Origin: Perna viridis | Lineage: Eukaryota | Reading direction: 5' to 3' | Assembly (NCBI GenBank): GCA_037379345.1 | Contig: CM074518.1 | Coordinates: forward strand, 18,910,001-18,974,000 | Length of the DNA stretch: 64,000 nucleotides | Shown here: positions 13,537 through 27,000 of the stretch, one piece after another | Layout: every line of letters begins with the position of its first letter | Position numbering within the stretch: the first letter of the stretch is position 1 | Position numbers and translations under genes: made by a program | Notes under the pieces: model-generated | Seen by the model: the letters and a program-made list of their open reading frames with translations, nothing else | Database searches by the model: none | Told to the model about the DNA's origin: nothing

Positions 13537-16174
13537 CAACCAAAACAAGCATCATGAGAGTATGGCAATACAAAGTCCCCTACCAGAAGCAAAATCTGTC
13601 AAAAAGAACAAAATGCTAACTTCATGCTAAATGTGTTGACAAGAAAAGTGTCTGCATCAATTTTCTAGATCCAATGGCCAGAACTCAGCAAAAAATCAAC
13701 AGACTTAAACAAAATTTGAACTTGATCTGTAACTTGTCATGACAAAGCATTATGTACATCTGTATGAATGACGAAAAAAATCTGGAAAACTGAGTTATGA
13801 AATATTTTTTCAAGTCCAATGGCCATAACTCAGCAAAAAATCAACGGACCAAAACAAAATTCTAACTTGACCTGCTACTTTTCATGGAAAAACAATACAC
13901 TAAATTATAGTATGTATATATGCAAGCATAAAGAAGATGTTGATAATCCTGTATCATAAACATACAGACCGATCTGCTGTATTTATTAAGCTATCAGTGT
14001 GACTGTAACTGTATATAACAATTATTTACATTGAATTGTTACCCTAATTTGATATTGTTTGCTTTTGAGTAGATGCACATGTTGCATACATTTTACATCT
14101 GAATCTTGAGCTTGCTTACATATTTGGTTCTAATGCTGCTAATTAGAGATCACTCCTTGAAACATGTGTACATCATACCAACATATCAGAGACAGAGAGA
14201 ATAAAGGACAACCTTTAAACTATAGATACAATGTACTTTGTAATATACCATCAGCCCAGGTGTGGTAATCAATAGAGCACAATATAGGTAATGATTATAG
14301 ATCACAAGTAATCATACCTCTAGACTAGTACAGGTGATAGCAAGGTCTATAATAATATCGATTTGTTTTCCCATCTTATTATCCTTTTTCAGACCTTAAG
14401 TTCTTAAAATGATATCCAATGAGTCTATACACATGTTACCATTTAGGTATATAAAATATAAAAAATTTGCTTTACCAGTGTTCATCCTGATAATTTAAAT
14501 AACAAAAACTGATACTACATGTACTTATACTAGTGGGATACATGTAATAAGGAAGCAAGCTATAAGAGTAGTTATTTCCCCTGGGCTATATAGCATCACA
14601 TTGCCCAGATGCTATATTTTTATCAGGATGCTATCCAAAAAGAACTGCCCATAAGGTCCAATACAAATGTGACGCTATCATTTTTAAATGCTGATGCAAG
14701 ATTCTACATGTAAATTAAAATTCAGGGGTTACCAGGATGAAACATATATTTGTTGTATCTGTAAACTGTAAGAGATAACAGAGTTATCAAAATTTATACT
14801 ATTAAAAAAATATTTAACTAGACCGATCAGACTGTGCATATCAAAAGACTACTTATTATAATATTGGTACATATTGATATTCCAAAATATATAGAAAAAA
14901 GGAAATACAGGAAATTACTGGAAAACAAGTGTAAAATAGAACACTCCAGTGTTAACCATACACATACATGTACATGTATATATACTGTTAAAGTCACACA
15001 TGCAATCCATAAATTCAGAAGTGTGTATGTTCATGACAATAGGAAAATACATGTACACAAATGTAAAATTCTAAAATTCAAAATGCTATATATCAAAATT
15101 TTAAAATTGAAAACAAGTTAGGACTAAAAATAACATAATTCATTTAAATTTTCAGGTGCTGTCAAAAAAATCCAATAACATTCCAAGTATTTGCCACTGT
15201 TCTGGGAAATAAGGAGAATACCAACCTTATGTGGTATCTGTATGCCCTTCACTAAGGCCAAGAAAAAAAATATGTCTGTTTACGGTTACACGATCACCTC
15301 CATTTTTTTACAAAACAACTAATAAGAATATCCCAGTAATTAAATTTGAAAAAAAGTATAATATAACATGAATAGGTATGGTATACATGTATATTTCAAA
15401 GAGACAACAACCCCACCAGGACGAAAATGTAAACCCAAGGCCATCCATTGGTCTTCAAGGAATGAGGAAACCCACTAACAACAGGGCAGGCTGCAGTTGG
15501 CCCTAAAACATCATTATAGACAGGTACAGATAAATAGTTGCCCCTCTATACTCAAGTAACATAAAAATAAACTTAAGGTGAAAATAAATCAAGGCATTCA
15601 TAAGCCAGAAATTCCTGATGGGACAGGCGCAAAAAAATGAGATGGGGTTCAAGTACTTTGGCATGATCACAACCCTCCCCTTTTAAAATCAGGCCACTGT
15701 GGAAATAATGTTACACAATTAAACACACCTAAAAATCAGTTCAAAAAGGTCTGAATAACTGCACAAGAAAGCTATCAAAAATAATATCCTGCTTTGTGGC
15801 AAGTGTATAAAAATATAGACACAAGTGATGCTTTGGTTGTATAAAAAAGAAGAGAAATCCACTGGGAGCATATTAATTATTTTTAACTGTTCTCATTTTG
15901 TTAAATATAACAGTGGAACATGACGTTTACAGACAATTTTGTTTGAAAAAGGGATGGGTGAAAAATCGCTGTCAAGCTTATGCTAATGATGTACATGTAC
16001 ATGTAGATCATTTGTTTCTAACTAAGAGGTGTTACGAACTACTAAGCAAGTGGGTCTGATAATTTGAGGTTGGGAAAATTTATTTTTTTAAGATTTTAAG
16101 TTATAGGAATTTCCTTCTAGAAAGGGTCAAAGGGAGCATTTCACCCTTTTAAGTTTTCTAAATGATATTTTCTA

Positions 16175-17320
16175 TTTCATTCAGGATTCTTCTTTCTACA
16201 AGTACACTGATGACAATACTCTCTTTCTTAAGCTGGATACAATCTTGATAAAGTCAAACAAAACAAAATTGAAGTCAGATAGCTTAAAATTGATAGATTG
16301 GTTTGAAGTGAATCAGATGAAAGCCAACCCTGATAAATTTCAGGCACTTAACATAGGCTGAAAAACTTATGATGAAAATATTTCTTAAATGATCTTGGTG
16401 ATATCACAAAATGTGAGGAAGTAAAACTTTTGGGAGTAACAATAGATTACTAGTTAAAATTTGATACTCATATAGCCAACATTTGCAAAAAGGCCTCAAA
16501 ACAGTTAAATGTTTTTTTTAAAAAGGATGGATAATCACTTAATTTAACTGAGTAGGTTAACAATTTATCACTTTTTTATTTTGTCCAATTTTAATTACTG
16601 TCTTGTCACTTGGCACTTTTGTAGTGGGGTGAATACTAATAAAATGGAAAAAAAATCAAGAAAGGGCCCTTAAATTAACCTATAACAACTATTCTAGTAC
16701 TTATGAGGAGCTTCTGTTAAAATCGAAAATGCCATCACTGAAAGTAGGAAGAATAAGAAAAAATGCAGCTGATTCTTTCAAGACAATAAATAGACAGAGC
16801 CCAGTAAACATACATGACCTAACTGAAATAAAGGAAAATAAATAAAATTTCAGATATCAGAACACAGCAAAACTACCCAGCATTAGAACATCAAAGTATG
16901 GGTTAAATTCCTTCAAATATTTTGCTGCAAAAACCTGGAATGACCTGCCAAACCATTTTGGTAGAGAATCCTCTTATACCCAATTTAAGAATCTTCTAAA
17001 CTAGTGGAATGGCAGGTCATGTCATTGTTCTGCTTGCTATTCATAACAGCTCTTCTTTATCTGCATTTACATTGTTGACTATGTATAGTGCTGCACTTTC
17101 ATTTTAATCTTATTTGCATCTGCTACTATTTGCCTTATATGTTGACTGTTGATTTATTTATTTCTGCATGAAAAGTACTAAATAAATGCCATGTATTGTA
17201 CTTGTGATAAAAATGTTATTTATTGTAGTGCATGTATGTTGATTTTAAAAGCTCCCAAGAGCTTATATTGTACATTTTAAAATATAGATGTTAAATAAAG
17301 CTTTTGTATTATTGTATTGT
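16175..17320 (+). mobile_element. Decayed 3' portion of a non-LTR retrotransposon (CR1/L2/Jockey-like)
   Basis: Reading across frameshifts gives YTDDNTL, DWFEVNQMKANPDKFQAL, KLLGVTID and HIANICKKASKQLN; ends with AATAAA and a (TATTG)n-like tail. Confidence 0.75.
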
Positions 17321-17991
17321 ACAGGTGCACCAATAGGGTACCTAGAAATACCTAAAAATTCAGAAAAATTGCCTGAATATACCTGAAATATTGCTGCTCG
17401 GGTATTAAACCCCAACAAACAAACAAACTAAACTGACATAAAATATGTTGAAACGTAGATTGAAGTATTGGCCTTATATCATTTTAGCTAACTATTATCA
17501 TCTGATAAATACTTTGTAAAAATGTTTTGAAAACTTTTTACCTAAATGTAAAAAAGCCAAAAATTTAATACTGAAACAGGTGCCCTGACCGAAAACAGAG
17601 TATGACAGTTATATTTTGAACTCTGCCATTCAGCACCAGTCAATGACAGTAATGTACCTAGGTCTCTTGTCACATGTGCATATATACCTTCTGGAGAAGT
17701 AAAACAGACACAAGAATATCTGCATGTTAATTTGTAAGTTTAGTCTCTTGTTGACTCGTGTGAAGATGCAACACATTTTTTAAACATTGAACGTAAGCCG
17801 CAAGTTGAAATGCAGCACTGTTAAACAAATAAACAATGATATGCTTGCATCTATTATTTCCTTTTTATCTTAATATTTGTCAAATGCAGAAGAACAGGAG
17901 GATCTTTGAAGCAGAACCAATGCAACGTGTTCAAGAAAAAGGAGGTGCATGTTCGTACCACTTTCAAGCGCAGTTGCATTTTTTAACTTAC

Positions 17992-18190
17992 CATGAGAAA
18001 ATTTCCTTTTTCATAATCATTAACAGATCAATATTCCGTAATCACTTTGGATAAAGGCCAAACGGGTTTTTATTTTTTTCACCGAATGCCAGTTGTTTGG
18101 TTGTCACGAAGTCATTCGCAAACAACTTCCGAATGGATTTTTTCCCCGGAAGTTCAATATTTTCCCGCTAAATTCAAAAACTTTCAAATG
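17992..18190 (-). promoter_or_regulatory. Putative promoter and first (largely non-coding) exon of the unknown gene
   Basis: Locally CpG-richer DNA; CCGGAAGT (ETS) at 18146-18153, TTTCCCGC (E2F-type) at 18161-18168, TTCAAA (CHR-type) at 18173-18178 and 18183-18188; strong donor ATG|GTAAGT at 17992. Confidence 0.5.
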
Positions 18191-19594
18191 AAATAGTTTG
18201 TGTTTCGCTGTCAAGTTCCGATTTTTTTACATAGAATTTCAAATTATGACACACAAACAATACTTAATTTATGAAACACGTACATAGAAATTTACTGAAA
18301 AAATCTTAAACTCGGCTAGCGCTTACATCAGGGAGTGTAAAGTCCCAGCTTACTAAGTATCAAGGAGTTTTCAAACACCAGTATATAAGCTTTCTTGAAA
18401 TTGTTCAGTTAAGTAGGTGCACACGTCTGATAATAAACAAAAAAGTTTTTTTGCCATCTGTTAATTGCCGGTTTATGAGAACAGGGAGTATCGATGTAAA
18501 AAATAAGTTATCAAATTAAATGTCCCTGTCATATTGGGAAAATCGACAAATGCAAATTATTCTTTTATTTTTCACCCAATCGGTATAAATGACAATGGTA
18601 GATGCAGATGACATAGTGCTACACACAACACTTAATTACAAACTGCCGAATCTTTCTCAATCTAAAGGAAATAGAGCAACTGCATATATAGAGCCTGGGG
18701 GAAGCACAGGGTCAGTCTTTACCTTTAATCTTAAATCGCATTCAGTGTCGTGTAATGCTTTGTGATGTAACCTGACATGGACAAATCAAATCAAACTTTA
18801 GCATTCTATTCGTAAGGAGAGGGGATACGTCATACAGAAAAAAAATCTTGAATCGAATATAACATGCATGGAGTATAAGACCATGAACAGAGACACGTCA
18901 CATCTCCATTTTAGATTCTAAGCACAGACAAGCATGATTGCGTACACCAGGACTGCATTTTCATAAACTTGAAAACCGTGTTTGAAGTACCAAACTTTTA
19001 AATTTTCGGTCTGCATTTACGCACTTGTAGATATATAGGAAGTGTTCAAATAGTAGTTCTAAAACACTTGAAGTTCATGAATTGAATGATTACATACCAA
19101 TATGCAACGCAAGCTACCAATTTCAATCCAATAGCTGCATAACCGATTACCGATTTCTGCATGCAAGCGTAAAAGCTTTTATAATGTAAACATACCCTCT
19201 GAGCAGGACACTGACCACCGCACATATAAACTGATCTCAATTGATTTGGAATATATTAGTCCCTGAACATAGACATGTCATACCTCTAGTTGAGATTTTA
19301 AGCATAGGCAAGAATAATTGCGTAAACCAGAATTGCATTTTCTTTAAAGTTGAAAACCGTCTTTGAAATGCAGAATTTTAAATTTGGTTCGTAATTGTAA
19401 TTAAACTCGTAAAACTCGCGCATGACAAATAACAGTAACATATACGTGCCGAGATAAAAAGGAAACCCTTGATACCAATGTTACATAGTATAGAAGCTGA
19501 TTATACAAGATAGTATTAAAGCTAAAAGGTAAAAAAAGAAAGAAGAAAAGCAAAACACCTTTCATTTCAGACCACTTACAGAAGAAAAGAAAGT

Positions 19595-19622
19595 TTACTT
19601 ATCGAACTTCGTGGCAATTTGT
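19595..19622 (-). CDS. Candidate terminal exon 20 (..R-QIATKFDK*)
   Basis: Good acceptor TCTTATTGTTCTCTGTAG. Phase 2 joins the donor at 20097 and gives a short in-frame C-terminus. Confidence 0.45.
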
Positions 19623-19696
19623 CTACAGAGAACAATAAGAAAACATTTAACAGTAGAGATTAACGGTAAGGTTTTAATTCTTGTTCCTTCAACCAA

Positions 19697-19828
19697 TGAT
19701 ATTTCCATCAAGTATTAAATATTCTCCACTCTCCGTCATATGATATTTCCTTCAAGTATTAAATATTCTCCACTCTCCGTCATGTGATATTTCCATCAAG
19801 TATTAAATATTCTCCACTGTCCGTCATA
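19697..19828. repeat. 44-bp tandem repeat, 3 copies
   Basis: TGATATTTCCATCAAGTATTAAATATTCTCCACTCTCCGTCATA-like units at 19697, 19741 and 19785. Confidence 0.9.
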
Positions 19829-20092
19829 TGCTTAACACATATGTTTTAATAGCTTCGCCTAATTTAATCAGCATTTCAGGCTTGATTCATTTAGACCAGC
19901 ACATCATATTAGCTCGAGTTTACATATAAATTCTTAATGTTTAAAACTTTTAACGTTGCAACTTATTTTATAGTTATCAGTAAGAAGAATCTAGGGAAAC
20001 TTGTTTTTTGTGCAGTGATCGACCAGTGGTTTGTTGTGTGTGTGTGTGACCTTAATGATATTATATAAGAAAGTTCTCACAATTATCACCAC

Positions 20093-21052
20093 TTACCGAA
20101 CTTTGTCATCTCTATCATGACGCCGAATTCTCTCGGTGTGTTTCATTTTATCAGAGCTCGAGGTGTTACCAGGCCAGACAGAATGCTCAGATGGATAAAC
20201 GGTCGGTGGTGTCGATGGAATTGAACGTTCAGGATTTTCAAACTCGTTGGTAAAAATATAATCCGAACTGAATACAAGTTTTCCAGGATGAGATTTATCA
20301 CCTATATATTCACTTATGTTCATATTGGATGGACATGGTTCGTAATGGGGGGCTATTGGTCTATTATACACACAAGATTTATTCAAATTGTTTTGAGGCT
20401 GGGGCTTACTAGGAAGACCATATACTTCAGGACGTGGTATTTGATACGGAAGGTCATCCCTCGTCGATTTACTTTCATTCTGAATAGAGAAACCTGCATT
20501 CTCGTACTCAAATGAACCAGGGACATCTTCAAACACGGGCGACAGCATAGGCCCAGAGTCTTGACCACTTGAACCTGGCATTGGGTACCCGGAATCTCTC
20601 CGTTTGAACTCTTTTCCTCTTTTCCTAGGTTTCTTGTTTGATTTATATCGGCGAGGTAAGTTTTGGTCATGTTGATGACCGTCGTTTTTCTCCGGTACGT
20701 TGAATGCCGTGGCCTCTGTCTCAAAGAATATTTCATCCAAGTAACTTTCAGGCATCCCTAGCAGGTGCGTTTTGCTCGTTCCTTTTATATCAAAGTTTGG
20801 ATTCGTTTTAGGAAACATTTTATCTTCTTCATCAGAATATTGATTAGTAGGCGGATTGAAGCGAACATTTTTAGCAAGAGGACGTAGGTTAGTATCATCT
20901 GCATCAGTTAAGTTTCGAAGGGAAAAATTGTCGTCCGTAGCAAAAGAATAGTTGTCATCGTTTGACTCATACGGACGTTTATACGAGAACGAGGCCGTAG
21001 ATGATCCATCAAGTGACCCCTTTTCTGTATCAAGGCGTTCTGTGTCGTCATG
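20093..21052 (-). CDS. Exon 19: cytoplasmic tail (HDDTERLDTEKGSLDG...RHDRDDKVR*)
   Basis: TATTTCAG acceptor, phase 0, open and in frame with ORF 20093..20818. The TAA overlaps a perfect donor (CG|GTAAGT). Confidence 0.85.
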   Translation of the reverse strand, partial: HDDTERLDTEKGSLDGSSTASFSYKRPYESNDDNYSFATDDNFSLRNLTDADDTNLRPLAKNVRFNPPTNQYSDEEDKMFPKTNPNFDIKGTSKTHLLGMPESYLDEIFFETEATAFNVPEKNDGHQHDQNLPRRYKSNKKPRKRGKEFKRRDSGYPMPGSSGQDSGPMLSPVFEDVPGSFEYENAGFSIQNESKSTRDDLPYQIPRPEVYGLPSKPQPQNNLNKSCVYNRPIAPHYEPCPSNMNISEYIGDKSHPGKLVFSSDYIFTNEFENPERSIPSTPPTVYPSEHSVWPGNTSSSDKMKHTERIRRHDRDDKVR

Positions 21053-24000
21053 CTGAAATACGATTCCAAATTACCATATGCTAATCATTACATATTACGA
21101 AAAATTCAAAAATAAAGTATTCTGTTTTTCTGGCTAGGCCATGTCATTTAAGTTATGTACATCACATTTCAGTATTGAAAATTTCTAAAACATCAGTGGA
21201 ATATCATTGCAAAATCTTTCCCCTTATGATTTTCAATCGTAAGTAAACGATCCGAGACAAATAATTAATTTAAAAACTCTATATTTAAAACTTTCATCGG
21301 ATACATGTACGTTACCCTATCATGACTTATGTAACTTAGCATATACATGAGAACACGAAAAGTATGTAGAACTGAAATCTCATTAGATAAGACAAAGACA
21401 ATGCAGAAAGAAAAAAAAAAACGCACGGAACAAATATTTGATAATCAACCTATTCGGACGATGGAACACAAGGACCAGATCTACTAGAAAACTATTAATA
21501 AAATAGGAGATGTGGTATAATTGCCAAACGAATGTGGCATCCTCCAAATGCCAAGCAACGACCAATCCACCAAATATCAAGCAACGACTAATCCACCAAA
21601 ATGCCAAGCAACGACCACTTAAACTTCTACAGGTCACCACACCGTCTTCAATAATGGGCAAAACCCATACCATAAAGCAAGCCGTAACAGGTCCAAAAAT
21701 TACTGAAAACCACTATGATACCTTCCGAGCTTAAATTCAAAACCCCTGTCTTTTTATAATTAAACTGTACAATGCTTAAATGTTTGTCGCTTACCCCTGT
21801 TATTTCCCATGAACGGGTATTAATGTGAATATATAAGAAAATTATAGTTGCTATAATAGCTAGACCCGAAGGTACAGCAACTAAGATGATAATTAAAGGT
21901 CCATCAAAGTCACTCCAGTCCACGCCAACATCTGGTGATGGTCTCTGTGTTACTGCCACGATGGGCTTTGCCACCTAAAACGATAGAAATACAGTTATAA
22001 GGAGATCATTGCAAGCTGCATCCTTACCGAAAAATGTCACGATAGAGCAGTAACAATATTCAATAAGTTTATTCAATGTATAGTAAGATAATCGAATAAC
22101 CGAACTTCTTGATCTGATTGAATTTAAAGAGACGAGATTGCAGTTTTACGCATAAGAGCTAGATGTTCACTATAGCATAAAGGAACTATACACCCGTGTG
22201 AAAAACATTCGTATTGCCTGATAATAATAATAAAAAACACGTTCTTACGAGAACATGTAATTACAACAAGAAAGACAAAAAATAAAATTACACACAGAGA
22301 TTAGGAGCACGAACCTTTCACACAAATAAAACCAACCAAAAAATAAAATAAAATAAAGTGAAATAAAATAAAAAATAAAGCAGGATTGGAACAGGTCCTC
22401 CGGAACCGTAAGTAGTTTTTGCTTCTTATGAGACACTTGACATGCCGCCATGCTGCCAATACAACTTGTTTAAGTTCATGGCAACAAGGGAAACACAATG
22501 ACATACTTACAGGATAACCAATAGCTGCACTCAACTGTAAATCTGACAATGTCTTGTATGTATTCTCAGCATCAGTTGCCGGAACAACGGCACCATCTTT
22601 GTATACTTCAAATGTTACATCTACCGAAATACCGTCGGTTCTCTTGATATCTGTTATCTGTAATTGAAATATTTTGGTATGCAAGACACTTGTTCATAAA
22701 TTCCATATTGATATAAATCGGTTTATCTGTTGACTTTTTGTGGATGAGATGCATCGTAAATAACGAATATTACCAGCCACAAATTTATTTCAATCAGCTA
22801 ATACTTTGTTTAAAAAGGCGTCCACTAACAAGGCATTCCTCACTGCTTCTTTTACAAAAGTGTGATTCGAACAATTAATGTTTTATGGAAGAAGGCATTG
22901 TATACATAGAAACATACCTTGACATCTACGCCAGTTCCACTTTCCCGTTTCTCCTTAGCAAATCTTTTCCGACGTGATCCACTAGCTTCAATATAACTCT
23001 TTTGAAGACCTTTCCGAAATAGACATTCTTATATTTTAATCGTCACTTATTAACATTGCAAATATACTTCAAATAATAGTCAAACCAAGAATCTTTTAAG
23101 TAAACCATTACTTTTAACTTTTTAGAGAAGGGGGATGTATATAGTCAGAGTTTTAGGTAAAGGAGGGGGCAAAACATTCTTGACATAATCACCGGTAATG
23201 ATCCGAAGTGATCCGAATTTGCTAGGGGGATTGGGGGCATGCTACCCCAAGAAAATTTGAAATCCTGCATTCTGAGGGTGTCTTGAACAATTTTTCAATA
23301 CCAATTCTGTACTGGATTTGTACATCTAATGTTTTGGTTTGAATACGTTTTTGGTTTATATTATTTCAGACATTGAAATTCTAAAAAGTATACATGTACA
23401 TACAAGACAAAGGGGAATGTGTTTGTTCATTAGAAAGCCAAATTTATAGTAATTCTTGTTTTATACACGTTGCGTTTAAGAAGGTCCTAAAAATGTACAT
23501 TATGTTATTATATCAAAGTAACGTTATTGGTGTCAACATAAATTTGTTCAATATCTTTTCATAATAATAATTGAGGATATAGACGTATACCTTCCTCAAT
23601 GTTCTTTTTGAATTCAGGACTGTTGACATCAACGTTTTCATTAACACTTAGTGTCATCATAAGTCGGTTGTCTGCAGGTGGTGTTATAGATGAAGTTGTA
23701 ACCTCGGTTGAAGACATTGTTGTAGTTGCTCTACTTGACACAGCTGTAGAAGTTGCGATAACTTCTACAGTTGATGGGGCAGTGACTGTGGCAGTTGATA
23801 TTAACTCCGATGCTAGAGGAGTCTGACTTACAGCGGTAGTTACTACGGACGTAACAATCAATGTAGATTCGTCTATAGATTCTAAATTTGGATTAACTGT
23901 TAAAGATACTTCATCCAGAGTTGAAGTCGAAGCTTCTGAAGTCCAAGATGGAACAGTCGTTGCCTCATTTACAGTTGATGTCTTGTCGATGAAAAAGGTT

Positions 24001-27000
24001 CCTTGTACAGATATTGAAGTTAAGGAGAATGTAGTTGACATTGTAGAATTTCTTTTCAATGATGTTGAATATTGACTGAGCGTAGAAAGTACCCTTGTCG
24101 ATGATGAATGTTGACTGAGAATAGAAGATAATTCTGTTGATGATGAACGTCGATCAAGTGTAGAAGGGATTTTCGGCATTGTTTGGTTGACGGTTAGAAC
24201 TGTATCTTTCAAAGATGAAGGTAAACTTGCAACAATAGTTTGTTCCTCAGATGTTGAATATTGAATAGCAATAGAGGTCGTTTCCTGCAATGTTGAAGTT
24301 GGAATAATTGTAAAAAATCCTTCCGACGCCGACGTCGTCGTACTTGATAACATTTTAGACAATGTTTCTGATGTCATTCTAGTAGGTATTATTCTATGAG
24401 TTCCTTCCGATAACATTTGTGTTTTATTGATAGAATTAGAAATGATTGAAAACGATTCCATTGATACTATGGGTGTAAAAGATAGATATGTTGTTTTTAC
24501 TTGGTCTGTTGATGAAGGGTTCAAATTGACCAATACAGAAACCAAGTCCACTGATATTGAAGTTTTAATGAATGATGAAGTAGTTTCTTGTATTATTGGA
24601 GCTGTATTGATCACAGGTGATACTCCCCTAGAGTAAGAAGAAGATGTTAAAGATATATCTGAAGTTGTCAGTATTTCACTAACAGAAAAAGATAGTTCTG
24701 TATAAGGCATCTGTATATTTGTAGAGGAATATACAACTTCAGATGCTGCCGAAGTTAAAATAAGTGCTAAAGTCGACGCCTCTTTTTCTGTTGCAGTAAA
24801 AGCAGGACTAGATGGAAACGAAAAACTAAAACTTGAAGGCAGTGAATTAATGATTGATTTTCTTATTGATTCGAATGTTGAAATACTGCCTATTAACTCT
24901 GATTTAAATGGAGATACTTCAAAAGTTGTATTTAAGCCAGGTACGTCAGACAGTAGTGTCAAAACATAACTATTTACTGGAATAGTGAAAACATCTAATG
25001 TCTTTGATGTTTTATCAATAGAGGGTAAACCCACTACTGAGTTCAATGTTCGATTTAGATTAAGACTAAACTCTGAAGATGTTACTTTTTCTGTCGTCGA
25101 TATTATTTGTAACTTAGAAGATGCAACTAAATCTGATGAAAGACTTGTCGTTTTCTGTACAACAGAAGAAAATAAGTCTGATGTAGCTTTCAGTGGGTTT
25201 AATGATGACAAACCCCATGAGAAAGCTGTTGTCGATTCCGTGTTTTGGATTGTTGTGTGGAAAACAGAGGATAGATTTCTTTGAACGCTGGATGTAAAAC
25301 TGTTGAGGCTTATTGTGGAAGTTGTCATTTCTGTTGATTCTGAAATCCAACTTAATGAAAAGGTTTCCAGTAATGATGTTACTGAGACTTGGTTGATTGA
25401 ACGAAACAACGACCTAGGTGTTACAGTTGATAAGTAATTAGGTTCGGAAAATAGTAATGTATTAGATGTTTGCAGTCCCTCACTTGGAAAAGTAAATATC
25501 GTTCCGATCAAACTTGAACTGTCCGTTTCAGTATCACTTGAGTGCAAATTTTTAGCTGAAGTGCTCATAGGTAAAAAGTCAAACGACGTTGTATTTAATA
25601 TTCTTGTGGAAAGGTTCGAAATGTCATTGATTAACAGGGTGTCCATCGGTGAAATTGAGAAATATAATTTAATACCAGACGATTCAACATATGAGGTTTT
25701 AACGGTAGTCTTTGTTAAAGGTTCTCCTATTGCAGATGATGTGGACACGGCAAAGTGTGATATTGCAAAATCTGTGTTGTTTAAAACTAACTGCGATTCT
25801 AAAGCAATGCTAGTTCTTAAGGTGGTAGGAATTTGTTTAGATTTTGATTTAAATGCATGAGGTGAAACTAGGTGTGTGAAATCAGGAGTGGTTTTGATGT
25901 AAGTGGCAACCTGTGTTGCCGTCATTTGAATAAAACTCCTGACGTCTGACGGTCCTGAAATTACTGCCACAACATTCACGACCTACAAAGAAAGAACATA
26001 TATACTTTTATATGGTTCCTTTAAGAGCATATGTATACAGCAAATTATTATTTATTTGAATTAATTTCGGTGTTGTGCACATTTTCGAGGTTTCCCGGGC
26101 AACTCTTATATGTAGATTAACTACTGATATCATTAACCAATGGGAAACGGGAACATCACACTACCATTAACATCTAAAAACCCGATATTCAAAATGACAT
26201 AAGAGCCAGACTATCTTATACCTTATTTGCCGTGCGTTTGCAGCAAAACAAAGCTTTAAAAAGAATCAGACAAATGTGAAAAAAAAACAGAAACAGTCAT
26301 GTCAAAATCCCATCGATCTGACAATATTACTTCACTCAAGGATAATAAAGGTCCATTATTAGGTCCCTGCGTCACTGCATTTGTTTAGAAATCTTTCAAT
26401 AAAATGTTAGAAACAAATTATTTTTTTGACAGAATTATCTGTCCCTGAAATGTTCATTTTAATGCATTTCATTGAAATTATAACTCGACCAAAGTGATTT
26501 TGAAAATCTTGTCTTTTTTTTTTTTCATTCTGATGCAGCAAATATTGTTTTGTTTTCATAACATGTTTCACCAACTGTCTGATTCTTAAAAAATGACACT
26601 GAAGCACATTTCGGATTTCGTTTCAAATCTTTCACCTACCGGATAACCTATGAGTTTACTGAGTTCCACAGATGACAACTTGTTGAATATTACTTCTGCT
26701 TCCTCTGCTGGTATAATGATACTTTGGTTGTATACTTTAAAGAAGATGTTAACCTTGCCATCTGCATTCCTTTCTATCCCTGTTATCTGTAAGGTAGGTG
26801 TATAAAAATTGCACATAAGGATAATATTTGGCATTTAAAAAAAAAAATAAGTTGTCAAAGTTTTCTAGATGAAAGGTAACGACAAAACAGTACGGTGAAT
26901 GTTAAAAGAATGCCCAGAAAAATTATGTATAAAAGATAAAGAAATTTAAAGAGGATTGAAATTTGTAACTTCGTAAATGTACAACCTTCACTTCGATTTC

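Noticed and set aside
21505-21710. ORFs 21383..21673 and 21510..21734
   Set aside because: They overlap what appears to be a dispersed SINE-like repeat with short internal duplications (a related fragment lies at ~15400-15690) inside an intron; no coding support.
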